Under the pieces are notes generated by a model, which saw nothing but the letters and a program-made list of their open reading frames with translations, ran no database searches and had not been told where the DNA came from. The position numbers were made by a program, and so were the translations under genes. Shown piece by piece: positions 23,575 through 36,500 of a stretch of 64,000 nucleotides of DNA. This DNA is from Yuukianura sp. NJ FZ-2021 (taxonomy: Eukaryota), in NCBI GenBank assembly GCA_046563655.1, contig CM102287.1:2728001-2792000 (forward strand), read 5' to 3'. Every line of letters begins with the position of its first letter. Positions within the stretch are counted from its first letter, which is position 1.

Positions 23575-24448
23575 TTAGTCCAATTCTTGTTCAGGTGGAG
23601 GCAAATCTGTCAGTTGCACGGCAGCCGCAAGGTCATCTTGGTTTTGCCTTAATCTTTCTAAAATTAGTTCAGCAATTGCCCGCTGCGTGCGACGTTCCAG
23701 CTTTTGCAATTTCGGAGCAACGTCACGCTTCAGGTCCCAGTCGGGTTTCCGGGGAGCCAAGTTCGTCAGTTCCTAAAACACATAAGATCACATTTTCAAG
23801 ACAGTGACAAATGACTCAAATGAGCATGAATCGATTATCAATTGAAGTTGAAGTTCTTACTACGTCGTCCAATAACGTTTTGACTTGACCCTGTTCTAAA
23901 GTATCTGCAATTTCCTCTTCAATGTTAACAGGAAGTGGCATCGGTCGTGCTGTTTCTTGCAATTGCTCGTCCTTCGGAATGTAACTTCTGAATGCCGGTC
24001 TACAAAAGTACAAAGTATGATTAGTTTCGGTTGGAGAGTAGATCCGCAGTCTGTTTTTCTTTTTAGTTCTTTTAAGTTAGGTTATGAAATCAGGACACAG
24101 TGCACGGCACACTCACCTTCAACACCGTGCACTGTGTCCTGATTTCATAACCTAACTCGCACTAAAAGAAAAACAGACTGCGGAATGCGGATCTACTCTC
24201 CAACCTTAGTTACTCCTTCCACTTTAAATTCAGTTTCAGTAAATTTGCGATGTACTCTAACCTGGTTAATTACTAAATTAATTAACTAATTACCTTGGTA
24301 AACCCTTATTACTGGAAGATCCGGCTTCCTCTTCTTCTTCGTCCGGTTTCCCTTGTAATTTTTGACGGAGAGCCTTGAGCCTTTCCTTTCTCTTCCTCGC
24401 CTCTTCTTCCAAATGTCCAACACTCACGTCTTCCTCGTTAGTTGTCAT
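23575..24448 (-). CDS. CCDC12: Coiled-coil domain-containing protein 12 (Cwf18 spliceosomal factor)
   Basis: Exons 24448-24294, 23999-23861 and 23772-23575. VGHLEEEARRRKERLKALR, PAFRSYIPKDEQL, LAPRKPDWDLKRDVAPKLQKLERRTQRAIAELI. Confidence 0.95.
24029..24205. mobile_element. Foldback/MITE-like palindromic element in CCDC12 intron 1
   Basis: Arms 24029-24107 and 24125-24205 are inverted repeats (inner 33 bp perfect, 17-nt loop). GG...CC termini, flanked by ttagtttc / ttagttac (7/8 match, candidate 8-bp TSD). Confidence 0.8.
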
Positions 24449-25938
24449 TGCCTTTGACCTTTTGACCTTACAAAAAACTTAATTAATTGACCTTAATTAA
24501 TTGAATTACTATGTTAAATTGTAATTCGTACTCAAATTCAACTGGTAACTTATTTTTAATTTTTATTTTCGTGCTTTTTTCCATTTCAAAATATGAATTT
24601 CGCGCTTCCGCCTTTTGTATGAAGACGACGAAGCCGGCCAGCAGAAATCTAAAAAGTTGGAACAATAATAAATAAGTAAAAGTAATGAATAATATGTATA
24701 ATTTAATAAATATTTAATAATTTAATAAGTCATTTTTAGTATTTAGTGAAATTAATGTTAAGAAGGAATAAGACATGGCAACGGGGGGTCTCGTTTCAGC
24801 TCAAATTAGTTAACTTCCAGGCCCTATAAGTCCTCACAGGAATGACGTAGAAATTTGTACAATACCTCTAAAAATTCGTTGATACATGAGGAAGAATTAT
24901 CAGGGGTCAGAATTTGATATTTTGCTGCTAAACGATGCTAAAAATTCGATACAAAGTCCAATTTTGTCTAAGTATTGTATGACACCAAAATTTGGGAAAT
25001 TGGTCCCTGATCATTGTCCGCCATGGTCTTCCGGATTTTTAGACACCTTAAACTTATTTTTAGCTCGTATAATAATCAACTTATAAGAAAAAGCAGATAA
25101 AATTCTGAAGATATTTATAATTCGCATGTGTCGGCATTTGCCCAGCTCCAAACCGATCGCCAAGCGTTTGGTAACCTTTTGCCAAACCTAATTTTCAAAA
25201 AGGCAAATTCACTCTTTGTCTCTCTATAATTAACAAAAGTTTGCGATCGAGTTAAGTAAATTACGTTTAGCTAAAGTCAACTTTGAATCATAGTACAGTT
25301 TTTAGCAAAACTTCTTGCCCCTGCTCCATCAAGGCAAATCAACAACGGTATCTTGTGCTCAAATTGCAATTCAAGAACAGTAAATTTCACCTCAAGCGAT
25401 GGTAAACTGAACAGCTTTTGTGAGTTTCATTTTTTAACCTGTAACTTTTATTTCAGTCAAGTACACAACAAATTTTTCGAATTGCTGGGTCAATTTATTT
25501 TTCTGTAGACTGAACATTAAAAGTAGCGCCGACGTGAGCGCGTTTCCGCCGCCATTTTGCTTCGTAACTAATGGAAACGATGTACCACACACAGTAAACA
25601 AAAGCTGCCTCTTACCCGTCCTTAATCAACTATAAAGTTCTTAATTACTTTATAGAACTTTTAATTAATTATAATTGACACAATGGAATTCCAAGCCAAC
25701 CTAACCAATTCCGTAAGTGTTTACAACTGGCATCACTCATATCGAAGCTAAAAAGCAAAAGATTATAAATATTTTCATGGCATCCGAACTAAACCTGGAG
25801 AAACAAATTCATTTTGTTGACAAAGTTTAAAACAATTTCCATGTTTTAGTCACTTTTTTGTTTTTGAATTTTAGAAAACGTTTTCAAATCAGGAAATTCG
25901 GTGCTGTTTTTTTAAAGATTCATTTGAATTGAGAAACG

Positions 25939-27360
25939 ATGCCACGCCGAGCTGGATTTAGCAGTCGTGGACCTGCACCTTCACGCAGCAGCCCCAGGTT
26001 AAATAACTTAACTTCAATTAATTACTAATTAACATTCAAAAGTTAAACATTTAAACTTAGTTTTACTAAAATTGTAATTTTCATTTTAATTATTGAAGTC
26101 CTGCACCTCCGCGTCGAGCAACACCACACCCCGTGAAGGACACAAAGCCAAAGCCTCCGAGCATGATGCGTCAAATGGCTGCTACTGCTGGAGGAGTTGC
26201 AGCAGTAACTTTTTTTAAAAAAAACTCTTTTTTAAAAATTTTGAAAAACTGTTTTTGAAAATTTAAAAAAGTGTGTGCATAGGGTACAGTGATTGGACAC
26301 GCGTTGATTGGAGCGATGTCCCCTCGTGAGCGTCGTGACTACTACGAATCCACTTACGCCAGAGCTTCACCCCGTCAACTCCAAGAGGTTCAACTTTTTT
26401 TTAAAAAAAAATCCTGTTCTAAAAATTTTTGTTCTAAAAATTCTGTTCTAAAAACGCTTTTTGAATTGTACGGGAATAGAAAGAATAGGGAAGAGGAGAA
26501 GTTTCCGCTTTTAACTTTTCTAAAAATCTCTTCCCAAACTCTATTTTGAAAAAGTGAAAAGCAGCCCAGAAAGAGCCAATTTTAACTTTTCTAAAAATCT
26601 ATTCTAAAAATTCTATTTTGAAAATAGTCCACAGTGCGGTCTATTATGAGAGTTTTGCTCTTTCTAGAAAAAGAAAGGTGCAGAAACATTATTTTTAGGA
26701 TTTTCAAATTTGTCTAATTTTAAGTTTTCTAAATTTGAATTTTCTAAATTTAAAGTTAGAGTTCTCAGTTTAGAAAAGTCAAAATAGAAGAACATCTTGA
26801 AATAGAATTTTCAAAATTAGAAAATGAGTTTCAAAATTAGACAAATTTTATTTGAGAACAACTCTCTCTCTCCCCTGTTCACTTTTTCTAAATTTAAAAA
26901 TTTGAAATAGAATTCTGTTCTTGTTCTGCTGATTTCCAATTTTAAACTTTTCTATTTTTTCCTTTCTCCCTAAAAATCTTTCTGTTCAAACAACTAAAAC
27001 TGACAAGTCTAAAAAAGACTTCTGGATCTGGCACCTTCCCTTTCGCTTCTTTGTTTATGTTTATTTTAAAAAAGTTTTTGTTTAGAAAAAGCTCGTTTTT
27101 TAGAAAAGTTTGTTTTTAGGATGCATGTGGAGATCTCCTTTCTCGGCTCGTGTCGTGTATGAAGATGGCACAAGACTCAAATTTAGACGTGGCCGACGTT
27201 TGTGCAAAAGCCGAAAAGTTGTACCTGGACTGCCGACAAACCAACGGTAAAAGTTTTTAAAAAAAAAACTTTTCCAAATTGTTCAATTTTAAAAAAAATT
27301 TATACTTCCGATTTTATACAAGTCTCGTTTTTTGGAATTTCAGGTGAACCAAATTACTAA
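25939..27360 (+). CDS. CHCHD2/CHCHD10-like mitochondrial twin-CX9C protein (divergent)
   Basis: Exons 25939-25997, 26099-26204, 26283-26387, 27120-27246 and 27344-27360. Begins MPRR with an Arg/Ser/Pro-rich leader, then PSMMRQMAATAGGVAAGTVIGHALIGA (the CHCHD2/10 hallmark helix), then C-x9-C...C-x9-C. Confidence 0.88.
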
Positions 27361-27697
27361 AAACTGACAACACTTATTCAAATTTTTGCAACCAATTTTT
27401 TTAAAACTGCGTAACGTCACCTAAAGAAATTCTGAAAAGATGTTTGAAAAATTTGTTAATACAATTACACCAGTTATTTCTGAACCTTTATTCTTTTGAT
27501 TTTAGACGAAAATATATCAGTTTTTGAAAAAAAAAATTTCATTTCAGAATTTTTCAATTTACTCTTTTATTTGATACAAAGACGTCAGACATGGAGTTAT
27601 GCAAAACTCTTGAGTAGAAACAGACTTTTCTTAAGGGTATTGTACTTTTTTGAAATTTTGAAATTGTTGATAAAAATGTGAAATTTTTGTATAAATT

Positions 27698-30600
27698 TTA
27701 CGAAAGAATACAATTGTTTTGACTTGGAGATTTCTTTGTAACGAGAGCGAGAGCGTCGTTTGGAATACAGTTGACCTTGAGGTTGGCATTCGTTCTGCTA
27801 AAAGTGTAGTTTAAGTAGTCGTCGTCATCTGACGAAGAAGAGGAAGATGAGGAACAAGTTGAACACGTTGGGCCATGCGCACGCGCAACTCCCGCGTCTG
27901 GTTCAAATCTAACGCGGTCACGGCTCTTTGACCTCGATGACCCTGCCGCCGCGGTGAGCCGTGATGAACTTTGACCTGTTCCTGAGGTGGACGGAAGAGA
28001 CAAAACTGCGCCGTCGGGCTGAGAATGAGGCTGGACCGACGCAGAAACTCGCGAATTTTGAGTTTGAGATTGCGTCGATGCAGAAATTCGCGAATTTTGA
28101 GTTTGCGATGCAGAAATTCTTGTAGACTGGGAACGAACTGTGACTTTTTTGGGTGGGGCGGTTGACTTCGGAGAGAGACTTGAAGAAGGGGGTGGGATTC
28201 GTGAGGTGGGTCTTCGGTGGGACGAAATGAGGGGGAGGGGACTTGGGGGTGGCGTATTTGGGGAGGGGGAAGAATCTCCCCTGGGGGGCAGGGGGCCATC
28301 GAGGGGAGAATTTTTAAGTTTAGATTCCAACAGGGGTAAAAGTTGGGGTTTTCTTGGAGGCCGAGATTTGGTGGGACTTTTGAGAATGCTGGTGATTTCG
28401 GAAGTTGAACACAGTGATAGTGGTGGTGGATTCTTGGATTTTTGGTGGGGCTCGGTGGGACTGGTGTTGGTGGGGCTGCAAAGATTGCTTTTACTGATTA
28501 ATTCACTTAACTGGCCAACACTGACACTTCCAATTCCTAGTCGGGTGACAACTTCCTTGAAATTCGTGAGGTCAACTAGAGCCGTGTCGTCTGTCACGTC
28601 AAGGTCATCCGTCTGGAGTCCAATTTCGGTTGAAGTTATTGACCTTTGACCTCCGTCAATTGAGGTCATTGACCTTTGAGCTCCATCGAAATTTGCAATT
28701 TGTTGTTCACTGGCACACTTTGCAGGAAATTGCTCACTTTCTGGAAGCTCATTTTTGGAAATGTTTGAATTTCCTGCGTTATGGAATCTTTTCATCTCCG
28801 GTTCTGCACTTTGACTGCTGGAAATGCTCTCAGGGGACTTTTGGGGTAAGGTGGCTGGTGGTGGGACTGGTGGGGACTGCTCCACCGTGATTTCAGCTTG
28901 GTGGGGCAGAAACGGACTCAGTTTGGGTGTTCTTGTTCTTTCTCCCACGGTGGCGTAGTCTGGTTCCGATCGGGGCGTTGGTGGCTCCATTTGAATTGCA
29001 GTGAATTCCTGACCTTGACTTTTAAACAATTCCTGACTTTTTAGGAATTCCCTTTTGCCAAATTCCGGACCTTGGAAAAATTCCTGATTTTTGGCGAATT
29101 CTTGATTCCTGACCGCAACTTCCTGATTTTTCGCTAATTCCTGATTCCTGACGAATTCCTGACTTTGGACGAATTCCTGATGTTTGACGAATTCCTGATC
29201 CTGACCTCTGACCTCTGTTGTTCTCCTGATTGGTTTTGCATTGGGTTTTGGTTTGGGTGAAGGCGAGGTCAAAGGCATTTTGACCCGAAAACTTTCGGTG
29301 GACGGAGAGGTCAAAGGCGTTTTGACTCGAAATTCTGCGGAAGGTGAAGATTGTTGCCTCACTTCGTTCAAAAAAGCATACAGTTTTTCTGGAGTTCCGC
29401 TGACACTGGGAGAGGGACTGTCAAGGTCACAGTGGTTGACATTTAAATACTGCTGGTCCCCCGGGGGGAGGTCAAACACGGGGGGTGGAGGGGGCGTCAA
29501 GGGGTTCGGAAGTAAGTATTCACTTGGTTTTTCATTGGATAGAAAGTCGCGTGCTTTCTTCTGTTGAAACTTTCTGTACTCTCTCACGTCTGGAAGCCCC
29601 ACCGGAGCACTTGAGGCGTCTTTTGTGGTGGGACTCAGTGCCCCACCGGCGCTATTTGCTGCCCCACCACTTTCACTTTGCTTGGAACAATCAATTGAAC
29701 AAAAGATTTTGCCCCGCCGTGGCAGAAATGGTCTCCCAAGAAGCGAACTTTTGCAGGCGCTGCATGAAAAACACTGTTCGGTGGCGTGCCAATGTTGACC
29801 ATCATGGGTCATCTGACCTGCAAGAACAAAAGTAAAATTTGTTGACCTTTTAAAATTTGACCTTTGACCTTTTAAAAGTTGAACTTTGATGCATACCTTG
29901 GTCAACTCCGATGCACTCTCCGCAACTGTCACAGTATTCGGCAAAAACCGAATCGAAACAGTTGAGACAGTACGGTTTTCCGGACTTCATGATGTACCGC
30001 ATACCGCCCAGTTCCGATCCACATTCGACGCAGGCGAAGTGGTGCATGTGCCATGCAGAATTCTCGGCTTCGGTACACTCATCGGAGAAAATTATCTAAA
30101 AAAATGAAAATTATGAAAAAATGGATTTTTTTGAAATTTTGAAACAGTTTGAGTAGGAAGTTGCGCGTGAGTTACTTCGTCACAAGCTGAGCATCTTGGC
30201 TTGAGGCTTTCTGCATGATGTCTTCCGCAGTAGAGCTTCCCCTCAGCCGTTCCGCAAAAGTAAATGAGATCCACCAGCAACTGCTTGCAAGTGGAACAAC
30301 TGAAACACTGCGGATGAAACACTTTGTTTCCAAGTCTGGAACCAACTACTCCAAGGTCGGCTGGATGCATGTACTCGGCACACTGAAAAATTCAAAGGCC
30401 AAACATCAAAAGTCAGCTTATCATCAAAAGTCAGCACCCAAAAGTCAGCCGATCGTTAGAAGGTCAGCAACCAAAAGTCAGCAGGAAAAAGTCAGGTGAT
30501 TATCAAGTGTCAGCTGGCTCTAGATGGTCAGCAATCAAAAGTCAGCAGTCAAAAAGTCAAAAGTCAGCTGATTGTAAAAAGTCAGCAAAAGTCAAAAGTC

Positions 30601-31907
30601 GCCAGTTAAAGTCAGCTGATTAGTGACAATCAGTGATAAATATAGCTGATTGCTGAAGGTCACCCGCAAAACGCAGCTGATTGGTGAAGGTCAGCAGTCA
30701 AAAGTCGCGTTAAAGTCAGCTGATTGGTTAAGGTCAGCAGTCAAAAGTCATCTGGTCAGCTGTGTTTTTTTAGGCGGGAACTTACCCCATGACATTTGAC
30801 CCTCCCCATGCTTGTTCCCACTTCCCGAACGGTTCCTCTGCCGAGACACTCACGCTTGCGTTGTTCGGAGAAAATTTCCAGCTCCACTTTTTCGTTTGCA
30901 TCAAGCGATTTGCAGTAACGGGCTTCATTGTCATGTGGTGGGAGCTGCGTCAAAAGCTGTTTCAGTCGATTCTTCTCTCCCACAGAATTGATGTAAGGAA
31001 TCGCTGATTCCGGAAGGTAACTGAAGTACAAGTGGACCTACAAAATATCAAAAAAGATTAAACCATTTTTCAAAAAATGATTAATTCACAAACTAGAATC
31101 TGATTTGAAATGAAAATTGACAAGGAAGCAAACACCAGTGAAAAGAAAATGAACTTCTCAATTTAAAAATGAGTTCGTCTTTTAGTTGTTTGATTACACT
31201 GTACACGGCGTAGTTGTTTTCGATTTGTTTGCAGAGATTTCAAGAGGCTTTCAAAATTTTGAAATTGAATTTCAATTTTTCAGAATTTTGGATCAACCCA
31301 GCTTTATTTTTACCGGTTTGTATTTTACCTGTTCCGGTTTGAGTCCAGGTGGAACCCAAGTGTATTCTTCCAGTGCACATCCGGAATCCGAATCGGAATG
31401 ACCGTTCCCATTGTTCCGTCCATGATCGTTGTGGAACGGCGGTGGTGGATTTAAGCGCGGCATTTCCAACGATTGTGTTTCCAAATTCTGAAAAGTCGTG
31501 CGAACCGATCGGTTTGGACGCTTGAACTCCGCTGCTCCTCCTGGATTGCTGATTTTGTCAGATTTTGACCTGTGAACCAACAAAATTTGTGCAAATTAGG
31601 AACAATTCAATGTAAAAATCAAAGTAAATAATTATTTTTTAACTAAAGTTAACACTTTTCAGATTTTCCCTCATCACATTTTTAAATTTGAATGCAATGA
31701 CCCTGACCTGAGCATCCTTTGTTTGGAATAGAGTGCTCGATAGTTCCTAGTTTGATCTCCATAGACCCAACACACTTTCCACCAATTCTTGGACAAAATG
31801 AGGCCATTGTTGTTGTAGCCACTATTGCTGTTGCTACTATTGCAACTGCCAATATTACCAACTTTAGGAGTTGGTGGAACACGATCTGTCGAAGATGTCG
31901 TGGACAT
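27698..31907 (-). CDS. pk: Prickle-family planar cell polarity protein (PET + 3 LIM + PKH + CaaX), Sple-like N-terminus
   Basis: Exons 31907-31708, 31569-31329, 31037-30786, 30382-30176, 30094-29897 and 29817-27698. [27 protein letters not shown] ([12 protein letters not shown]), three LIM domains, [16 protein letters not shown] and terminal CILS. Confidence 0.95.
30400..30760. repeat. Degenerate minisatellite (AAAAGTCAGC / CAGCTGATT units) filling a prickle intron
   Basis: More than 15 visible copies of (aa)aagtcagc/aaggtcagc, with a near-duplicated ~45-bp block at about 30673-30750. Confidence 0.85.
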
Positions 31908-31959
31908 TCCAAAACTCACTTCCTACTTAAACCTCTGACGCTACTCAAAGATATGGTCA

Positions 31960-32210
31960 ACTTTTCATGACTTTTCACCGACTTTTTAAAACTTTTTGCC
32001 CCTTTTCACCAAATTTACTTTTCACCAAATTTTCATCACTTGTCACCAACTTTTTATAACTTTTCATGACATTTTAAAACTTTTCGCCAACTTTTCATAA
32101 CTTTTCACGACTTTTAATAATTTTCACCAACTTTTTATGAGTTTTCTTGACTTTTAATAACTTTTCACCAACTTTTAATGGCTTTTCATAACTTTTCACC
32201 AACTTTCACC
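31960..32210. repeat. Degenerate 10-11 bp periodic repeat (ACTTTTCACCA / ACTTTTCATA)
   Basis: About 20 units visible by eye directly upstream of the prickle Sple-like exon. Confidence 0.8.
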
Positions 32211-33294
32211 GATGATGTAGCTTTTCTGATGTAAGTAAACTTTACAACTTCCAAAATCTAAACAAATGTCTTACAACTTTTTAAAAAGAAAATTGTGGCC
32301 AACTTTGCACCTTAGCTTTTCAACTTCCTATTTTTGTCACTCTTTTTACAAAACAGGTTTTGTCACAGTTTTTGACACTTCCTTTGTTGGTTAATTGCTA
32401 AATCCTAATTTTCCAGTTGATTAACTTTGACCTCTGTCTCTTAATGCTACTTTGAACTGCACAGAGTGATGTATGTTGTTCCGTGTGTTGTGAAATGACA
32501 ATGAATAAGATTTAAGTTGGGCTTAAAGGAAAGGAGAAGCCGACAGGGGGATGAAACTCAGATCACAAAGAAATCTCCTTTTGTTGTAAGTTATGAACAG
32601 TTCTGCACATAACACGCAATCACACGGGGGTTGATCAAGGGGTGAAAAATCCACCAACTTTTTATTACTTCAATTTTTATACTTTTTGTTTCCAACTTTT
32701 TATACTTTTCACTTTGTTATTTTTTGTACTTTCCACTTGAGAGAGCCTAATTTGGCTAATTTTTGAGGAAAAATGCAAGATTTAAGTGGGGAATGAAAAG
32801 TATTTTTACGTGAGGAATTACGAAGCACTTTCTGAGAAATGTTGTGAGAGATGGACGAAGGGCGTTGTGATGTTCAAGGGCTCTCTACTTTCTTAAAAAG
32901 TGAAGGGAGGGGAGCCCTTACCTAACGAACAACATAAAAAATGCAATTTGGAAGATAGAGCTCCAGGCGATTTCGAAAAAAAGTTTCAGAAATTGGGACG
33001 TTGCTGGGGAGAGCTCCAAAGGTGAAATTTCAAAAATTATGGGTAACAGGTCTATCATACACGGGAGTACCGTACCTCTGCTCTTCTTTGACAAAAATCT
33101 CGAAATTTTAATTCTGATCAAAATGTGTTTAAAAAGCAGAGTATTTTTCAGTTTGATAAAAATTGTTTTAATTTATGAAAAATCTAAATAAAACCAAAAA
33201 ATGCGGGTTTTAGGCTAAATGATGTTGACTAAAATGTCAAAAATCTTGAGTTATCTCCCTCTTTGCTTTTATTAGATCGGAGCTTGACTCGCTG

Positions 33295-33575
33295 TGAAAC
33301 TTTCCGGTTCAAAAGCATTGAAATTTAAAAATTTGTGTGTCGGTACGAACTTTCCCGGAACAAAGTAGCGACCGGAATATAATTTTGTTAAAATTTAAAT
33401 TGTTAGAACCGTAAGCATATTTTTCTAATAGATTGAAAATCGACTCGGTATGAAACTTTCCGATTCGAAAGTATTGAAAATTGGTCAGTACGAAACTTCC
33501 GCGTTGAAAAGCGTCCCGTATCGACATATAATTTTGTTAAAAGTGAAATTGTGGAGCCATAAGCCCATTTTTCTT
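33295..33575. repeat. Degenerate ~150-155 bp tandem dimer
   Basis: tgaaactttccg.ttc.aaag.attgaaa at 33295 and 33451; atataattttgttaaaa...taagc..atttttct at about 33377 and 33526. Confidence 0.7.
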
Positions 33576-36500
33576 TTATAACTTCCACTGTATATTCCAA
33601 GATGAATATAATTCTGTATTATTCTTGTATATTCAACAGGTGAGTGATTGTAAGAAATATGAAATTTCCACCCTCCTAAAGATCCTTTGTGCCTCCAAAC
33701 ACAATTCCAAACCACGTAACCAACCCCTTCTTATTTCTGTTTCATTTGGAAATGGACAAACAGGGGGTGGGTTTTATATGCTCCAAGAATTCAAGAATAT
33801 TTATGAGGACCACGGGGTACAAAAAATCATTTTAACAACTAATAATCACGAGTAGAAAACTTCCAACTCCTTCAACTCTTTACTACATTTCATGTTTAGA
33901 TGAAAGAAAAGTACACTTCTGTAGCACAAAAAGATGTCAAAATGTCCTCTCATTATTTAAACTCTCGCTAAAGAAATTCATTCAAAAGCATTTTAAAAAA
34001 AGTTGCCCTCTCTTTGTTAATTTTTACTCAAAAGAGCAACTTTTGAAGGAAGTTGTTTCCTGGATCCGGTTTTAACAATAGGATCATCAAACATCTTCGT
34101 TTTTTTAAGTTTTAAAAAGTTGAAATCAAGAAACATTTGATGATGGTGGGGAGAGACATAAATTTTTTTTTAATTTTGAAACAAGAAAACCACCATCACT
34201 TTGTATGTAAAACTCAACGGAAACAGTAGTTATAAAAATGTAAATTTCAACTTCCTCATTCATCAAAATTCAAAATTTTCCAAAATTTCATTTTTTTTTA
34301 AAACACCATCACACCTTCTAACTTTCTAACGTATTACTTTTTGAAAAAATTCTTACGATTAGTTTATGTTTTTTTTTTAGAATATGATGGGGGGAAATAA
34401 GTTGCAATGTGATTGTTGATGTTTTTTGTGTTGATCAAAAAGTGTTGAATTTTTGTAACCAATTTTGGTTTATCATGCCAAATTGGAATGTTTAGTTGAT
34501 AGCGGGTGAATTGAAAAGATTTGTAAAAGTAGTTTGAGATGATAGTTCCGGTTTAGATTTAAAAGTTGTTGAGGAACTGGGTTTGGGAGTGACAAAAGAA
34601 AAGAAACCACGACGAATTGAAAAAGAGACAATGGATTGAGATGTCTCTTCAAGTGCCATCGGATATTTGCATCAAAGATCAACTTCACAGATCACATCTT
34701 CTGCTCTTCATCTTCCTTAGATGGATGTGTCTCCTTGCTTTTTAGTCGTCCAACCAGTAGGACTCCTCTAATTTCCAACCATTACCAAACGCACCACTTT
34801 TTTCTAATTTTATGTTCATTTTCAAAGTAGTTGTGCAGGCAATTCTCAGTTTTTTCTTCTTCTCAAACTTGTAAGTGGGTGACCACCAAAGAAGCCTACT
34901 TTTTATGCCCTAAAAATTAAATTTCCAAAATCTCCATACCCGCATCTCTTAAAATTTCGAAAATTTTTAAATAATTTTGTTACCCGCATTTGTTAAAACT
35001 GAAAGAACGAATCCGCTAACTGGACAGGTTGAATGAAAATTCGTGTAGTAAAGGGAACAATTTTTTTCAAATGGATTTGGAATGATGCCAAATGTCAATC
35101 AAGGTTTTTCAAATTTCAAGAAAAGATAAGTTTTTTGACAATTTTTTTCTTTTTCGAAAATGAGAAATGAAGTTAGTCAAAATTCTGTTGTGTCAGTGAA
35201 CAGGAATTCCAAGCTGAAGGGAAGAGCAGCTTTTTAAAAAGTGTGAAATGTGACAGTTTGCTGGCTATGTGTACTTTTGTACACAACTAAGATTTTTGTA
35301 CACAAAGTTGTACAATTGTACAGAAATGTACATTTTAAAAGAAGGAGAGACAAAGGACATGTTTTCCCAGGCCGAACATGGAGGTGACTCGGATCAGTTG
35401 CAAATTAAAATTCAAATCCAATCCTCCCTGTAAGCCTTGTTCCATTCACTGTTCTCTGTTCTACACAGGATTTCCATTTTTCTATTCTCATGCAATTAGT
35501 GTAAGAACCTCCACTTGTTCCCACTCACTCTACTCAAGTCAATTGTTCAAAGTTAACGAAGTTGTTCCGAACATGTCCGACCGCAGGCGAACCAATCCCA
35601 AGTCTACTGTCACCTTGCCCGGGATGAGTAATTGGCAAGAACAAGAGCACGATCTCAATTTGTCTCTCTTTCTTCTCAACTCTCGAGATTTTAATTGATT
35701 AGTTTCTCAAACTTTAATTGATCAGTTTCTCAAATTTTAATTAATATTCAATGAATAATGTCTCAGATGAACAAAAAAGAGCTTCGAAAGTTTGAACTTG
35801 ACCGGTCAAACACATCGTCTCAAATTTCCTACCTCAATTTTGCAAATTTTCTAAATTTTAAAATGAAAAACCCAAATTTTGTAAAGAAATGAAAGTTTTC
35901 ACTGCGGGAAAACGAAATGTCAAGGTCGGTTTGCACTTTGCGAACTCCGGTCAGCACTTTTTTGGAAGTCAGCTGACCAGCGATCGCAAGCTGGTTTGAC
36001 AGTTGCCCTACCGTGAAGGCGCCAATTTCAAATTTTCGGACATTGCGTGTTGACCGCTGTTTTAAGCAAGTTGAAATGTGATCTGTCCCACCAGGAGCGA
36101 CAAGAATCATGGCTCTTGGCTGTAGGGTGGGAAGACCAATGTTAGACCGAAGCCAACAAGATTTATAGCCCAGGTTTTTCAGCATGACTTTTTTGGCGGG
36201 AGGATTTCCGTATTATTTTCAAATTATAGCACAAATGGAGGGGTTTATTATGATATTAAGTTTCGACATGAATAAAAATTGTAACGAGAGCAATTTCAAC
36301 AAACTAAAACGCTCTCGGGATGTCTTGGGAAGATCAAAAGAGCAAAACTCAGCTTTTCGTATTTTACGCATGTAGATACAAAACGGAGATTTTGGAGCAC
36401 AGAAAATCATGTGGTACAAAAAATTTGAAAAATGTGCTTTTGGCTTGTTCAGGCACATTAGACACTTTGGGTTTTGAGTCAAATTGGACATGACATTGGA

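Noticed and set aside
24776..25440. Exon-like fragments between CCDC12 and the CHCHD-like gene
   Set aside because: Could not be assembled into an open spliced frame or a recognisable domain.
27811..29835. Overlapping and antisense ORFs across prickle (likewise across GTF2F1, the coiled-coil gene and ALIX)
   Set aside because: Shadows of GC-richer real coding sequence.
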